Assembly (NCBI GenBank): GCA_022791915.1
Contig: JAAWAB010000020.1
Coordinates: 4,391 to 68,390 of the forward strand
Direction: 5' to 3'
Length of the DNA stretch: 64,000 nucleotides
Origin: Clostridia bacterium
GTDB taxonomy: Bacteria > Bacillota > Clostridia > Christensenellales > Pumilibacteraceae
Shown here: positions 1-8,410 of the stretch, in pieces
How positions within the stretch are numbered: the first letter of the stretch is position 1
Layout of the letters: the number at the start of each line of letters is the position of its first letter
Notes under the pieces: model-generated
Told to the model about the DNA's origin: nothing
What the model saw: only the letters and a program-made list of their open reading frames with translations
Database searches by the model: none
Position numbers and translations under genes: made by a program

Positions 1-1
1 G

Positions 2-1321
2 ATGTGCTTGTTTATTTCCGGCTTTTTCGGCATGTTTTCGGTGGAAGTGGATAAAGACGCAAAGGCAACCGTTACGGGGTTCGATGCGGTGCGGGGCATG
101 TTTTTGTTGATTGACCCGCCTACGGATGCGGAATCGGAAAAAGAGTTTAACGAGTTTGCGATCGAATACGTGCGCAAGCACGGAATTTCTACTACAAACT
201 TAAATAAATTTGCGTCGAAAATTCTCCAAAACTACGGCGTGTTGAAATACCTTATCACACAGGAAAACAGATCGATTGACATGATTGTGCAGGTGCTTTT
301 GTGGGGCTTGCAATCGTTGGCGCTGATAGTGCTCTCGCTGGTGTTCTTTATACTTTCTTTGGTGCACGCTATAAATTTTGTTCTGAAAAAGAAAACGGGC
401 GTATATAAACACGAAACGTTGCCGCTTGCATTGATTGTTGCGCTCACGTTTGCGTTTATCATGACGGGCGAAGGCGGACTTGCAGGCGCCGCCGTTGCCA
501 TGGTGGTGTTGGGTTGTATAGGGCTTTCGGGAATTTTGGCGTGCAAGCGGTTTGTGGAAAAAATGCCGCGGGCGTCGGTGCTCACGCTTGTGCGCAGAGG
601 CGTTTGTGCGGCACTTGCGATAACGGTGATTTGCTTGGCGTCTTCGTCGCTTGTTACGGTGAAATTTACGGGGGCGGTACCAGACAATATTCCCACTGAA
701 GAAAAAGTGTGGAGTATCAACGGTAACATAGGTGCGGGTTCGTTATACGAAGGTATGGAAAATCCGTTTGAATATATTGAAAGCGGCATTTCCGCCGATC
801 AATTTTTGGAAGATTTTGTGCGCCAGTACGGTAATTTTGGAAGCACTCTTTCTAAACTGAACAAGAATTTTGCCGCAGCTTATCTGTCGCCTGCACGATT
901 GTGTTTTGTTAGCGAGGCAATCGACGGATTTTCGGCAGGTGCAATGGCGTCGGCGAGTCTGTTATTTATTGCCAATCTGTTTTTTGCGGCAACGATGACG
1001 CTGTGGCTGTTCTACTCATTGCAGGACGAAGCCAATCCCGAGCGGGAACGGAAAACGGCTTTGTGGAATATTCTGTCGTTTGTAGGCGTGTGTGCCGTGC
1101 TCGGGGTTACCATACCGTTCGCCGTGATGGGCAATTCCATTTCGGGCGATCTCGGCATGGGGTTGCATTACGGTGTGAGCGGTATGATTATTGCGGCGGC
1201 GGCTTTGGGGCTTGCGAATATGATTACCGAACTTGTGATGCGCAAAATCGAGTCGAACAAGAAGAAACGGCTTGCCGAATCGGACGCAAATCCGTTGCAA
1301 ATGCAAGGCGATACAATTTAA
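2..1321 (+). CDS. polytopic membrane protein of unknown function (may continue upstream of the window)
   Basis: 439-aa ORF reaching the window edge. Several long hydrophobic segments (LQSLALIVLSLVFFILSLV, AAVAMVVLGCIGLSGILA, LLFIANLFFAATMTLWLF, ILSFVGVCAVLGVTIPFAV). No family recognised. Confidence 0.55.
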   Translation: MCLFISGFFGMFSVEVDKDAKATVTGFDAVRGMFLLIDPPTDAESEKEFNEFAIEYVRKHGISTTNLNKFASKILQNYGVLKYLITQENRSIDMIVQVLLWGLQSLALIVLSLVFFILSLVHAINFVLKKKTGVYKHETLPLALIVALTFAFIMTGEGGLAGAAVAMVVLGCIGLSGILACKRFVEKMPRASVLTLVRRGVCAALAITVICLASSSLVTVKFTGAVPDNIPTEEKVWSINGNIGAGSLYEGMENPFEYIESGISADQFLEDFVRQYGNFGSTLSKLNKNFAAAYLSPARLCFVSEAIDGFSAGAMASASLLFIANLFFAATMTLWLFYSLQDEANPERERKTALWNILSFVGVCAVLGVTIPFAVMGNSISGDLGMGLHYGVSGMIIAAAALGLANMITELVMRKIESNKKKRLAESDANPLQMQGDTI

Positions 1322-1343
1322 TGCAAATTTAATCTGAAAAATA

Positions 1344-1372
1344 TTGAACAAAACGGCGTAGTATGATATAAT
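1344..1372 (+). promoter_or_regulatory. sigma-70-type promoter for the NfeD-flotillin operon
   Basis: TTGAAC (1344-1349), 17-nt spacer, TATAAT (1367-1372). An imperfect hairpin acggcgtagtat/atactgcgccgt brackets the -10. Confidence 0.5.
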
Positions 1373-1427
1373 TATACTGCGCCGTAGATATAATAACCGT
1401 ATACACGGCGCAAAGGAGAACGTAACC

Positions 1428-2063
1428 ATGACCAAATGGTGGAACGAAATGCACGGGTTTCAACAAGTGCTGTTTGTGGTCGCCTGTGCGGCAACGCTGT
1501 TTATGATTGTGCAAATCATATTGCTTGCCATAGGCTCGGGCGATAACGACGCGACGTTCGACGCCGACACGAGCGTGGACGACGTAGACACAATCAACGA
1601 CGGCGGTGTGGGACTGACGATTTTCGGATTGCGCATTCTTACCGTTCGCGGCGTGATTGCGTTTTTGGCGGTGGGCAGTTGGCTCACGTTTGCGCTTTTT
1701 TACAGCATTCGTTTTTACGCGCTTATTCCCGGCATTGCGGCGGGTATCGGCGCGGCGTTCGTGATTGCGCTCTTTATGAAAGCTATGGACAAATTGCAAG
1801 GCAGCGGCAATCTTAAAATCGAGAACACGGTGGGCAAAACCGCCGAAGTGTATCTAACCGTGCCCGCTCTTCGCGCGGGGAACGGAAAAGTGAACGTGTA
1901 CGTGCAGGAGCGCTATGCCGAAATGGAAGCGGTGACCGACAGTCCCGCCCCCATTAAAACGGGTGAAAAAGTAAAGATTATCGATACGTTAAACGAAGGT
2001 ACGGTTGTGGTGGAGCCTTTCGGCGCCGCGCAGACCGCCCTTGAAAAGAAAGAGGAGGAATAG
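1428..2063 (+). CDS. NfeD-family membrane protein
   Basis: RBS aaaggaga. N-terminal TM helices followed by a soluble C-terminal beta-rich domain (GKTAEVYLTVPALRAGNGKVNVYVQERYAEMEAVTD...GEKVKIIDTLNEGTVVVEP). Lies directly upstream of a flotillin gene, the classical NfeD-SPFH pairing. Confidence 0.7.
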   Translation: MTKWWNEMHGFQQVLFVVACAATLFMIVQIILLAIGSGDNDATFDADTSVDDVDTINDGGVGLTIFGLRILTVRGVIAFLAVGSWLTFALFYSIRFYALIPGIAAGIGAAFVIALFMKAMDKLQGSGNLKIENTVGKTAEVYLTVPALRAGNGKVNVYVQERYAEMEAVTDSPAPIKTGEKVKIIDTLNEGTVVVEPFGAAQTALEKKEEE

Positions 2064-2067
2064 GAAA

Positions 2068-3501
2068 ATGTTGGTTTCGGCTACCGGTTCGGTTGTGGGC
2101 ATTGTGGGATTGATTATTGCCATAGTAGTCATTCTTATATCGCTGTTTGCGCTCATTGCGAGCAGATACAAAAAATGTCCGTCCGACAAAATCATGGTAA
2201 TCTACGGAAGTGTTGGCAGTAACAAAGACGGCACGTCGCGCGCGGCAAAATGTATTCACGGCGGCGCAAGTTTCGTTATGCCGTTCTTTCAGGCGTATAG
2301 CTTTTTGGACTTGACGCCCATTTCTATTAGCGTAGACCTGAAAAACGCGCTTTCCCGTCAGAATATCCGTATCGACGTTCCCAGCCGCTTTACGGTGGGT
2401 ATTTCCACCGAGCCGGGCGTTATGCAAAACGCCGCCGAGCGGTTGTTGGGGCTTAAACTCAACGATATTCAGGACCTTGCCAAAGATATCATTTTGGGTC
2501 AGCTTCGTTTGGTTATCGCGCTTATGGATATAGAAGAAATCAACACCGACCGCGACAAGTTTTTGGAAGCCGTGTCGCGCAACGTGGAAGGCGAACTCAA
2601 AAAAATCGGTTTGCGGCTCATTAACGTGAACGTAACCGATATCAACGACGAATCGGGGTACATTGACGCGCTCGGTAAAGAGGCGGCGGCAAAGGCGATT
2701 AACGACGCAAAGCGCAGCGTGGCGGAAAAGAACCGCGACGGTAGTATCGGCGAAGCGAACGCCGTGCGTGACGAAAGAATCGAAGTGGCAAGCGCCAATT
2801 CGCAGGCGGTGGAAGGCGAAAACGAATCGCAGGCAAAAATCAGTCAGTCCAACGCGCGTAGGCGTCAGATAGAGGCGGAAGCGGAGCGCGTGGCGTCGGT
2901 TGCCGAAATGATTGCCGAGGCAAACGCCAAGAAAGAGGCGTACAAAGCCGAGCGGGAAGCCGAGCAGGCGCGTGCCGACCGCGAAAAGAGCACGCTCGAA
3001 GCGGACGTTATCGTAAAGCAGGAAGTGGAAAAGCGCAAACTCGAATTGCAAGCCGAAGCGGAGGCGGAAATGATTCGCCGCAAAGCGCAAGGCGAGGCGG
3101 ACGCATTGCGTGCCATGAAACAGGCGGAAGCCGACGGTATGCTCGAAGTGCTCTCCAAGCAAGCGCTCGGTTTTGAAAAGTTGGTGAAAGCTGCGGGCGG
3201 CACGTCGGACGACGCCGTGAAAATGCTTATTTCCGACAAACTCGACCAGCTTGTTGCCACGCAGGTGGAAGCGGTTAAGGGAATCAAAATCGATAAAGTT
3301 ACCGTTTGGGATTCCATGGGCGGAAAAGACGGCGAATCCACTACCGCGAACTTTATTTCCGGCATGCTCAAAGCGGTACCGCCGCTTAACGAAGTGTTTA
3401 AGATGTCGGGCATGCAACTCCCCGAGTATCTGGGCAAGGTGGAAGATGCGCCCGCGAAAATCGAGAGCGCCAAGCCTTCACGCAAGGGAAAACCCGAATA
3501 A
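2068..3501 (+). CDS. flotillin / SPFH-domain protein (FloT/YuaG-like)
   Basis: Start refined to ATG 2068, after RBS gaggaggaa. N-terminal TM (VGIVGLIIAIVVILISLFALIA), an SPFH core, then a long Ala/Glu/Lys-rich coiled-coil region (EAEAERVASVAEMIAEANAKKEAYKAEREAEQARADRE). Confidence 0.85.
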   Translation: MLVSATGSVVGIVGLIIAIVVILISLFALIASRYKKCPSDKIMVIYGSVGSNKDGTSRAAKCIHGGASFVMPFFQAYSFLDLTPISISVDLKNALSRQNIRIDVPSRFTVGISTEPGVMQNAAERLLGLKLNDIQDLAKDIILGQLRLVIALMDIEEINTDRDKFLEAVSRNVEGELKKIGLRLINVNVTDINDESGYIDALGKEAAAKAINDAKRSVAEKNRDGSIGEANAVRDERIEVASANSQAVEGENESQAKISQSNARRRQIEAEAERVASVAEMIAEANAKKEAYKAEREAEQARADREKSTLEADVIVKQEVEKRKLELQAEAEAEMIRRKAQGEADALRAMKQAEADGMLEVLSKQALGFEKLVKAAGGTSDDAVKMLISDKLDQLVATQVEAVKGIKIDKVTVWDSMGGKDGESTTANFISGMLKAVPPLNEVFKMSGMQLPEYLGKVEDAPAKIESAKPSRKGKPE

Positions 3502-3613
3502 GCGGAGCGGGTGCGATTTTTAACGGCATAAGCGGACGTTGTTTTCGTGCGTGCGAAAAAGATAATTTGCGTAAATATCGCATATCTTTACGTGCGGAAT
3601 GTGCTTTGTGTAC

Positions 3614-3642
3614 TTGACAAATGCAACAAAATAGTGTATGCT
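3614..3642 (+). promoter_or_regulatory. sigma-70-type promoter of the zinc-ribbon gene
   Basis: TTGACA (3614-3619), 17-nt spacer, TATGCT (3637-3642). Leaves a 5' UTR of about 85 nt containing an agacc/ggtct hairpin (3672-3690). Confidence 0.55.
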
Positions 3643-3728
3643 ATCGTTAGGTGAATTTTCGAGTCGTGTAAAGACCCCCGTGGTTGGTCTCTGAATTTAC
3701 TACGAAACTAACAGGAGGTTATACGACG

Positions 3729-3899
3729 ATGGCAGATAAAATTCTGATTTGCAAGGATTGCAATAAAGAATTCACGTTCACCGAAGGCGAACAGGCGTTC
3801 TATGCGGAAAAAGGCTTTGCGAACGAGCCCAAGCATTGTCCCGAATGCCGCAAGGCACGCAAGGCTGCGCGCAGAAACGGCGAGCCGCGCAACAATTAA
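3729..3899 (+). CDS. small zinc-ribbon protein (CxxC...CxxC)
   Basis: Start refined to ATG 3729, after RBS aggaggt. 56 aa: MADKILICKDCNKEFTFTEGEQAFYAEKGFANEPKHCPECRKARKAARR, with two CxxC pairs and a basic tail. Confidence 0.75.
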   Translation: MADKILICKDCNKEFTFTEGEQAFYAEKGFANEPKHCPECRKARKAARRNGEPRNN

Positions 3900-3932
3900 G
3901 GCGTAGCACCGTTTTTCATTCAGACATAAAAG

Positions 3933-3961
3933 AAAGTCGACCCTAAAAGGTCGGCTTTTTT
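3933..3961 (+). terminator. Rho-independent terminator
   Basis: Stem aaagtcgacc/ggtcggcttt with a ctaaaa loop, followed by a T-run. Confidence 0.75.
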
Positions 3962-4142
3962 CATGGGCGGAAATACGTTATGCCGCAAAATCGGCAACAA
4001 TCGACAAATGCAGAGAACGTGAAGCAATACGGTACGGTAAAAATGTTTTACAAACCGATTTTTGTATGGTATACTCTATATGTATATTTCGGCGAAGGGC
4101 GGCGTCCCGTTCGCGTACTACTTTTGAAACGGTGTGTTTTTC

Positions 4143-4607
4143 ATGACAGAGAAAAAGGTTTCGGACAGCTTTACCACGCAGGTGCAAGTGCTGATGCCCG
4201 AGCATATAAACGGGCAGAGCCGTATGTTCGGCGGCAAGATTATGGAATGGATAGACGTGGTGGCGGCGGTTGTGGCGCGGCGGCACAGCGGGTGCGAAGT
4301 GACCACGGCTTGCGTGGATACGCTCGAATTCAAGGCGCCCGCCTACGTAAACAGCACGCTCATTATAGAAGGCAGAATGACCTGGGTGGGGAATACGTCT
4401 ATGGAAGTGCGGGTAGACGCTTTTACCGAAAGTCTGTCGGGCAAACGCAAGCAGATTACCAAAGCGTATTTGGTGCTTGTGGCAATAGACGAACGCGAAC
4501 AACCCGTGTGCGTACCGCGGCTGGCACTACTTTCGGACGAAGAAAGAGCGGAATTCGAAAACGGGAACATTCGCGCGAGAATGCGTGCCGAACGGCGCAA
4601 ATTATAA
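4143..4607 (+). CDS. acyl-CoA thioesterase (hotdog fold, YciA/Acot-like)
   Basis: Motif pattern MPEHINGQSRMFGGKIMEWIDVVAAVVARRH...VTTACVDTLEFKAPAYVNSTLIIEGRMTWVGNTSMEV is typical of hotdog acyl-CoA hydrolases. Confidence 0.75.
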   Translation: MTEKKVSDSFTTQVQVLMPEHINGQSRMFGGKIMEWIDVVAAVVARRHSGCEVTTACVDTLEFKAPAYVNSTLIIEGRMTWVGNTSMEVRVDAFTESLSGKRKQITKAYLVLVAIDEREQPVCVPRLALLSDEERAEFENGNIRARMRAERRKL

Positions 4608-4658
4608 ACGAATACAAATAGTAAAAACGGACAAACCGGATACGAGAGGTAAATCGGT

Positions 4659-5561
4659 ATGGCGACCAAAGAACAAATATTGGAAAAAGAAAGGGCAAAA
4701 GCGCTGGGCGATTTGTTTGTTGCCGAATGCAGGGCGGACGAACCCAATTTCGACACGTTGCGCACGATGTGCTTAAACGGCGCCGACGTATGCTATCGTC
4801 ATGCCACGGCGTTACACTGGGCGGCAAAACTCAATCGTTTTTCGCTTGTGTCGTATCTTATCGATAACGGCGTGCTCCGTGAACCCGTGAGTCGCAGTAT
4901 AATTGCCAACATGTGCAACAACAAAGGATTCACCGAAGAGAACGAACCGCAATTTTTCGAAGTGCTCGACAACGTGCGTCGCGTTTCGTCGGACGGCGGA
5001 ATCGATATTTTTGTACCGTACATCAATTCCATGGCGGTGGCGGGCAGGCTGGATAAACTGCGCGCGCTCATGAAACGCTACTATCTTACCGAGGCGGAAG
5101 TGGCGAAGTCGGTATTCATACGCATAATATTCGAGATTATCCTCAACGCGCACGACGAAATGCTGGCGTTTATCAACAGGCACGTGGAGTGGCAGGACCG
5201 TACCGCTCTCGACCTTGCCGTGTCGGGTGGCGACTGGGTGGTGCTCGAATATCTTCTGCACAGCGGAAAAGTAGATATTACGCCGAGTGAAAAGGCAGTG
5301 TCGCAGGCAATATTCACGGGTAGTACCGAAGTGCTCGATATTTTATTGCACTGCGGCTATTCGTTTGACCGTAATCCGCAATTTATCAAAAAAGCGTGTA
5401 GGGCTGCGTTTAACGACGGCGGCAGAATGCTCAAATATATGCTGTGTCACGGCTATTCCGCGTCGGATAAATACGACGGCAGAACGTTGCGTGAGAATGC
5501 CGTGCTGGACGCGAACACGGCGGCGATTGCCGTAATCGACGCGGGTGCGGCGGCGCTGTAA
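4659..5561 (+). CDS. ankyrin-repeat protein
   Basis: RBS gagagg. Repeated ankyrin-like units: TALHWAAKLNRFSLVSYLIDNGV, TALDLAVSGGDWVVLEYLLHSGKVDI, AIFTGSTEVLDILLHCGYSFD, GGRMLKYMLCHGYSA. Confidence 0.65.
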   Translation: MATKEQILEKERAKALGDLFVAECRADEPNFDTLRTMCLNGADVCYRHATALHWAAKLNRFSLVSYLIDNGVLREPVSRSIIANMCNNKGFTEENEPQFFEVLDNVRRVSSDGGIDIFVPYINSMAVAGRLDKLRALMKRYYLTEAEVAKSVFIRIIFEIILNAHDEMLAFINRHVEWQDRTALDLAVSGGDWVVLEYLLHSGKVDITPSEKAVSQAIFTGSTEVLDILLHCGYSFDRNPQFIKKACRAAFNDGGRMLKYMLCHGYSASDKYDGRTLRENAVLDANTAAIAVIDAGAAAL

Positions 5562-5616
5562 ATCGGACAACGCGATTGTTTGCAGGGCGGCGCGAGCCGT
5601 AAGGATATCGGACGAA

Positions 5617-6282
5617 ATGGAAGAACAAGAAGAAGTACAACCGAAAGAGAACGGGCAAAACGCGGCGCCCGACGAAGAACAAACGGGCGGCGAACAGAAT
5701 GCGCCCGAGCGGGAAAAAGAGCCGCGCGAACATTTTACGCTGTATAAAAAGCGGGAAAAGCGCACGGGGAAATATGTGTCGTCGCTTACCGACAAAGAAT
5801 TGGATTCGTTTCGGTTGCGCAAGGCGTTGTTTATGTATTTGAGCACGCTGTTTTTTGCCGTATCGTTGTTTCTGAAAGTGGAAGGGCGCGCCAAGTTTGC
5901 CGATGTGACGGCGCTGTTTTCTTTGTATTCGCTGTACGTGATTTGTCAGCTTGTCATGCTTTTTTATTCGGTGTATATTATGATTATGGGACGATTCGGA
6001 CACCGAATCGGGCGCGAACTGAAAGCCAAAGACGTACCGCCCGACGGGCTGGATAAACATACGTTTCGTTCGTATGAAGTATTTAACGCGTTTCACATTG
6101 TGATGGCGCTTGCCGAAATTGCGGTGTCGGTTTACGGATTCGGCGTGTGGGGCGCCGTAAATATTGTTTGTGCCGCGGCTTCCGCCGTATTCTGCTTTTT
6201 ATCGCGGCAGGTGTTGTATAAAGCCAACGCAGGACGTCTTACCTATATTCCCGAAGAAGGTTCGGAACAAAATAAGCAGTAA
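5617..6282 (+). CDS. membrane protein with acidic N-terminal tail, unknown function
   Basis: Start set at ATG 5617 (MEEQEEVQPKENG). Four hydrophobic helices (LFMYLSTLFFAVSLFL, LFSLYSLYVICQLVMLFYSVYIMIM, AFHIVMALAEIAVSVYGF, AVNIVCAAASAVFCFL). Confidence 0.55.
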   Translation: MEEQEEVQPKENGQNAAPDEEQTGGEQNAPEREKEPREHFTLYKKREKRTGKYVSSLTDKELDSFRLRKALFMYLSTLFFAVSLFLKVEGRAKFADVTALFSLYSLYVICQLVMLFYSVYIMIMGRFGHRIGRELKAKDVPPDGLDKHTFRSYEVFNAFHIVMALAEIAVSVYGFGVWGAVNIVCAAASAVFCFLSRQVLYKANAGRLTYIPEEGSEQNKQ

Positions 6283-6386
6283 AAAATTTATGTTTTCGTC
6301 GGATTTTCTGCCCCTTTGATAGCGTACGGCTATATTTTTAACAATGGTATATAGCAAACTGCAATAATTGTCAAGAGGTATTCGGG

Positions 6387-6593
6387 GTGAAAATTTTTCA
6401 ACAACGTTTAATCGAACAACGAAAACTTTTCGGATTTACGCAACGGGAGATGTCCGAAAAATTGCAAATCACGCAACCGTCGTATATTCGGTATGAGAAC
6501 GATACGTCGGAACCTACGCAGGAATGCCTGGTGAAGATAGCCGATATATTTGATGTGTCGGTGGATTTTTTGTTGGGGCGAAAAGAAATATAA
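6387..6593 (+). CDS. XRE-family helix-turn-helix transcriptional regulator
   Basis: GTG start. 68 aa with a Cro/C1-type HTH: LIEQRKLFGFTQREMSEKLQITQPSYIRYENDTSEPTQECLVKIADIFDVSVDFLLGR. Confidence 0.8.
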   Translation: MKIFQQRLIEQRKLFGFTQREMSEKLQITQPSYIRYENDTSEPTQECLVKIADIFDVSVDFLLGRKEI

Positions 6594-6609
6594 ATTCAAT
6601 ACGAACAGT

Positions 6610-7494
6610 TTATTTCCCGAAGTCGGGGGTGAAGGCGGACGATGCCGACGAGGCGTCTTGCATAAAGCCGATAAGCCCTGCGTCTGCGGCGGCGTTTAGC
6701 ACGCGGTTATATTCGAGCGTAGTGACTTTGCGGTTTAATGCGCAGTCGCCCGTGCGGTTGAACGAGGGCGTATATTGGCGCATAATACTCACGCGCGCCT
6801 GTTTATAACGCTCGGCAATCAAGCGCATAATTGCTTCGCCGTCGCGACTCAATGTGGGAAGAACGAGATGGCGGATAATCGTGCCGCGCACGGCTATGCC
6901 GTTTTCTTCCCGATAGGCGCCCGTTTGCCGTATCATTTCGGCAACGGCGGCTTGCGCCACGGCGGGGTAGTCTTCGGCAAAAGAATATTTTTTTGCGGCG
7001 GCGGAATTCAGATATTTGAAGTCGGGCAGGTAAACGTCTACCAGTCCGTCGAGCAAGCGGAGCGTTTCCGTTTTTTCGTAGGCGGAGCTGTTGTAAACCA
7101 CGGGAACGGTAAGGCGGGGTTTTGCGATACGCAACGTTTCCGCTATGCGGGGAACGAAATGCGCGGCTGTAACGAGATTGATGTTGTGCGCCCCTTTTTC
7201 TTGTAAGGCAAGCATATGTTCGGCAAGGCGAACGGGCGTAAAAACTTCTCCCGTCGATTTTCCGTGCGATATTTCCGCGTTCTGACAATAGCCGCAACGC
7301 AGATTGCACCCGCAGAAGAAAACAGCGCCGCTGCCGCGCGTGCCGCTGACAGGGGGTTCTTCGTAGCGGTGCAACATGATTTTCGCAACGCGCATTTCGG
7401 CGCCTTGCCCGCACATGCCCGTGCCCGTTATGCGATTGGCGTGGCATTCCCGCGGGCACAGTGTGCAGTCGGTTTCGTAAGAGTTTGTAATCAT
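6610..7494 (-). CDS. radical SAM protein, PflX-type (homolog of glycyl-radical-enzyme activases)
   Basis: CxxxCxxC cluster motif in FFCGCNLRCGYCQN. N-terminal Cys-rich stretch CTLCPRECHANRITGTGMCG. 294 aa, as in the COG1313 PflX-type family. Confidence 0.8.
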   Translation of the reverse strand: MITNSYETDCTLCPRECHANRITGTGMCGQGAEMRVAKIMLHRYEEPPVSGTRGSGAVFFCGCNLRCGYCQNAEISHGKSTGEVFTPVRLAEHMLALQEKGAHNINLVTAAHFVPRIAETLRIAKPRLTVPVVYNSSAYEKTETLRLLDGLVDVYLPDFKYLNSAAAKKYSFAEDYPAVAQAAVAEMIRQTGAYREENGIAVRGTIIRHLVLPTLSRDGEAIMRLIAERYKQARVSIMRQYTPSFNRTGDCALNRKVTTLEYNRVLNAAADAGLIGFMQDASSASSAFTPDFGK

Positions 7495-7503
7495 TCCGAT
7501 TGT

Positions 7504-7532
7504 AGTATAGTGGTATTTAGCGGGAATGTCAA
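7504..7532 (-). promoter_or_regulatory. promoter of the radical SAM gene (near-leaderless transcript)
   Basis: On the minus strand: TTGACA (7532-7527), 17 nt, TATACT (7509-7504). Only 9 nt separate the -10 from the ATG at 7494, and there is no Shine-Dalgarno sequence. Confidence 0.5.
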
Positions 7533-7659
7533 GAGCTTACGGTTGCATTGCGAAAATCCCGTTTGGGAAAACAAACGTGCGTGAGAAAGCGCGACGGTTG
7601 GGGAATATTCCGCATAATTATTTTTTTTGCGGATTGCGTTGCAAATACGGAAAAAGCGG

Positions 7660-7689
7660 TTGACAAATTCGACGTGCGGAATATATAAT
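7660..7689 (+). promoter_or_regulatory. sigma-70-type promoter
   Basis: TTGACA (7660-7665), 18-nt spacer, TATAAT (7684-7689), upstream of the 7721 gene. Confidence 0.55.
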
Positions 7690-7720
7690 GATAGTATCAA
7701 TTTGTTTTGGAGGATTAGCA

Positions 7721-8257
7721 ATGAAGAAAAAGGTTAAGACGGGCAATATCGTGCAGTTGGTTGCGGCGCTTTTGGGCGTTGTCGCACTGCTTATGATGTT
7801 TATGCCGGGTGTTTCTTGGAAAACGGTGCTGCTCGGGAAAGAGGTGGCGTCGGACGGAATCAACGGATTCAAAATGATGTTCGGCGGCGAAATCGGCGGG
7901 GATTTCAAGTACGAATTACAGTTCAATTTTATGGCGTTTATGTCGTTTGTATTCTTGTTGGTAGGGCTTGCGGGCGTGATTCTTTCGCTTTTGTTGAAAG
8001 GCAAAATCGGCGCGTTCCTTGCAATCGGCGGATTTTTGCTTGCGGGTATTTTCTTCTTTCTGTATCGTGCCGTACTTCCTATGAGCTTTAAGGACGTTAC
8101 AATCGGTTCGACGACTATTTCGGGTAAAGACGCGCTTGACGCGATGAAAGAACTCGGCACGACGTTCTCGCTCGGAATCGGTGCGATTATGGCGGGGATT
8201 CTTTCGCTGTTGGCTTCCGCGGCTTCCGCAGTTGCGACGTTTGTCATCAAAAAGTAA
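7721..8257 (+). CDS. small polytopic membrane protein, unknown function
   Basis: Start refined to ATG 7721, after RBS ggagga. Four hydrophobic helices (IVQLVAALLGVVALLMMFM, FMAFMSFVFLLVGLAGVILSLLL, AFLAIGGFLLAGIFFFLY, LGIGAIMAGILSLLASAASAV). Confidence 0.6.
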   Translation: MKKKVKTGNIVQLVAALLGVVALLMMFMPGVSWKTVLLGKEVASDGINGFKMMFGGEIGGDFKYELQFNFMAFMSFVFLLVGLAGVILSLLLKGKIGAFLAIGGFLLAGIFFFLYRAVLPMSFKDVTIGSTTISGKDALDAMKELGTTFSLGIGAIMAGILSLLASAASAVATFVIKK

Positions 8258-8276
8258 AAAACAAATCGAAAAATCG

Positions 8277-8316
8277 GAAAAGCGGCACAGGATTTTGTGT
8301 CGCTTTTCTTGTTTTC
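8277..8316 (+). terminator. Rho-independent terminator
   Basis: Stem gaaaagcggcaca/gtgtcgcttttc followed by a T-rich tail ttgtttt. Confidence 0.6.
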
Positions 8317-8356
8317 GGTTTATTGTTTGCACCGAAAAGCCGCGGATTCCATTTAC

Positions 8357-8385
8357 TTGACGCCGCGGCGGGAAAAGAGTATAAT
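8357..8385 (+). promoter_or_regulatory. sigma-70-type promoter of icd
   Basis: TTGACG (8357-8362), 17-nt spacer, TATAAT (8380-8385). Confidence 0.55.
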
Positions 8386-8410
8386 GGAAAAAATCCGAGG
8401 AGGTGCTTTC

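Noticed and set aside
1978-3417. 479-aa ORF antisense to the flotillin gene
   Set aside because: The sequence is low-complexity and rich in Arg, Phe, His and Gly, with no RBS. It exactly shadows a well-supported sense gene whose GAA/GCG-rich codons suppress stops on the opposite strand.
8297-8410. Upstream extension of icd to the track start at 8297
   Set aside because: The extension would begin inside the upstream terminator stem and read through the TTGACG/TATAAT promoter. ATG 8411 has a strong RBS and gives the canonical IDH N-terminus.
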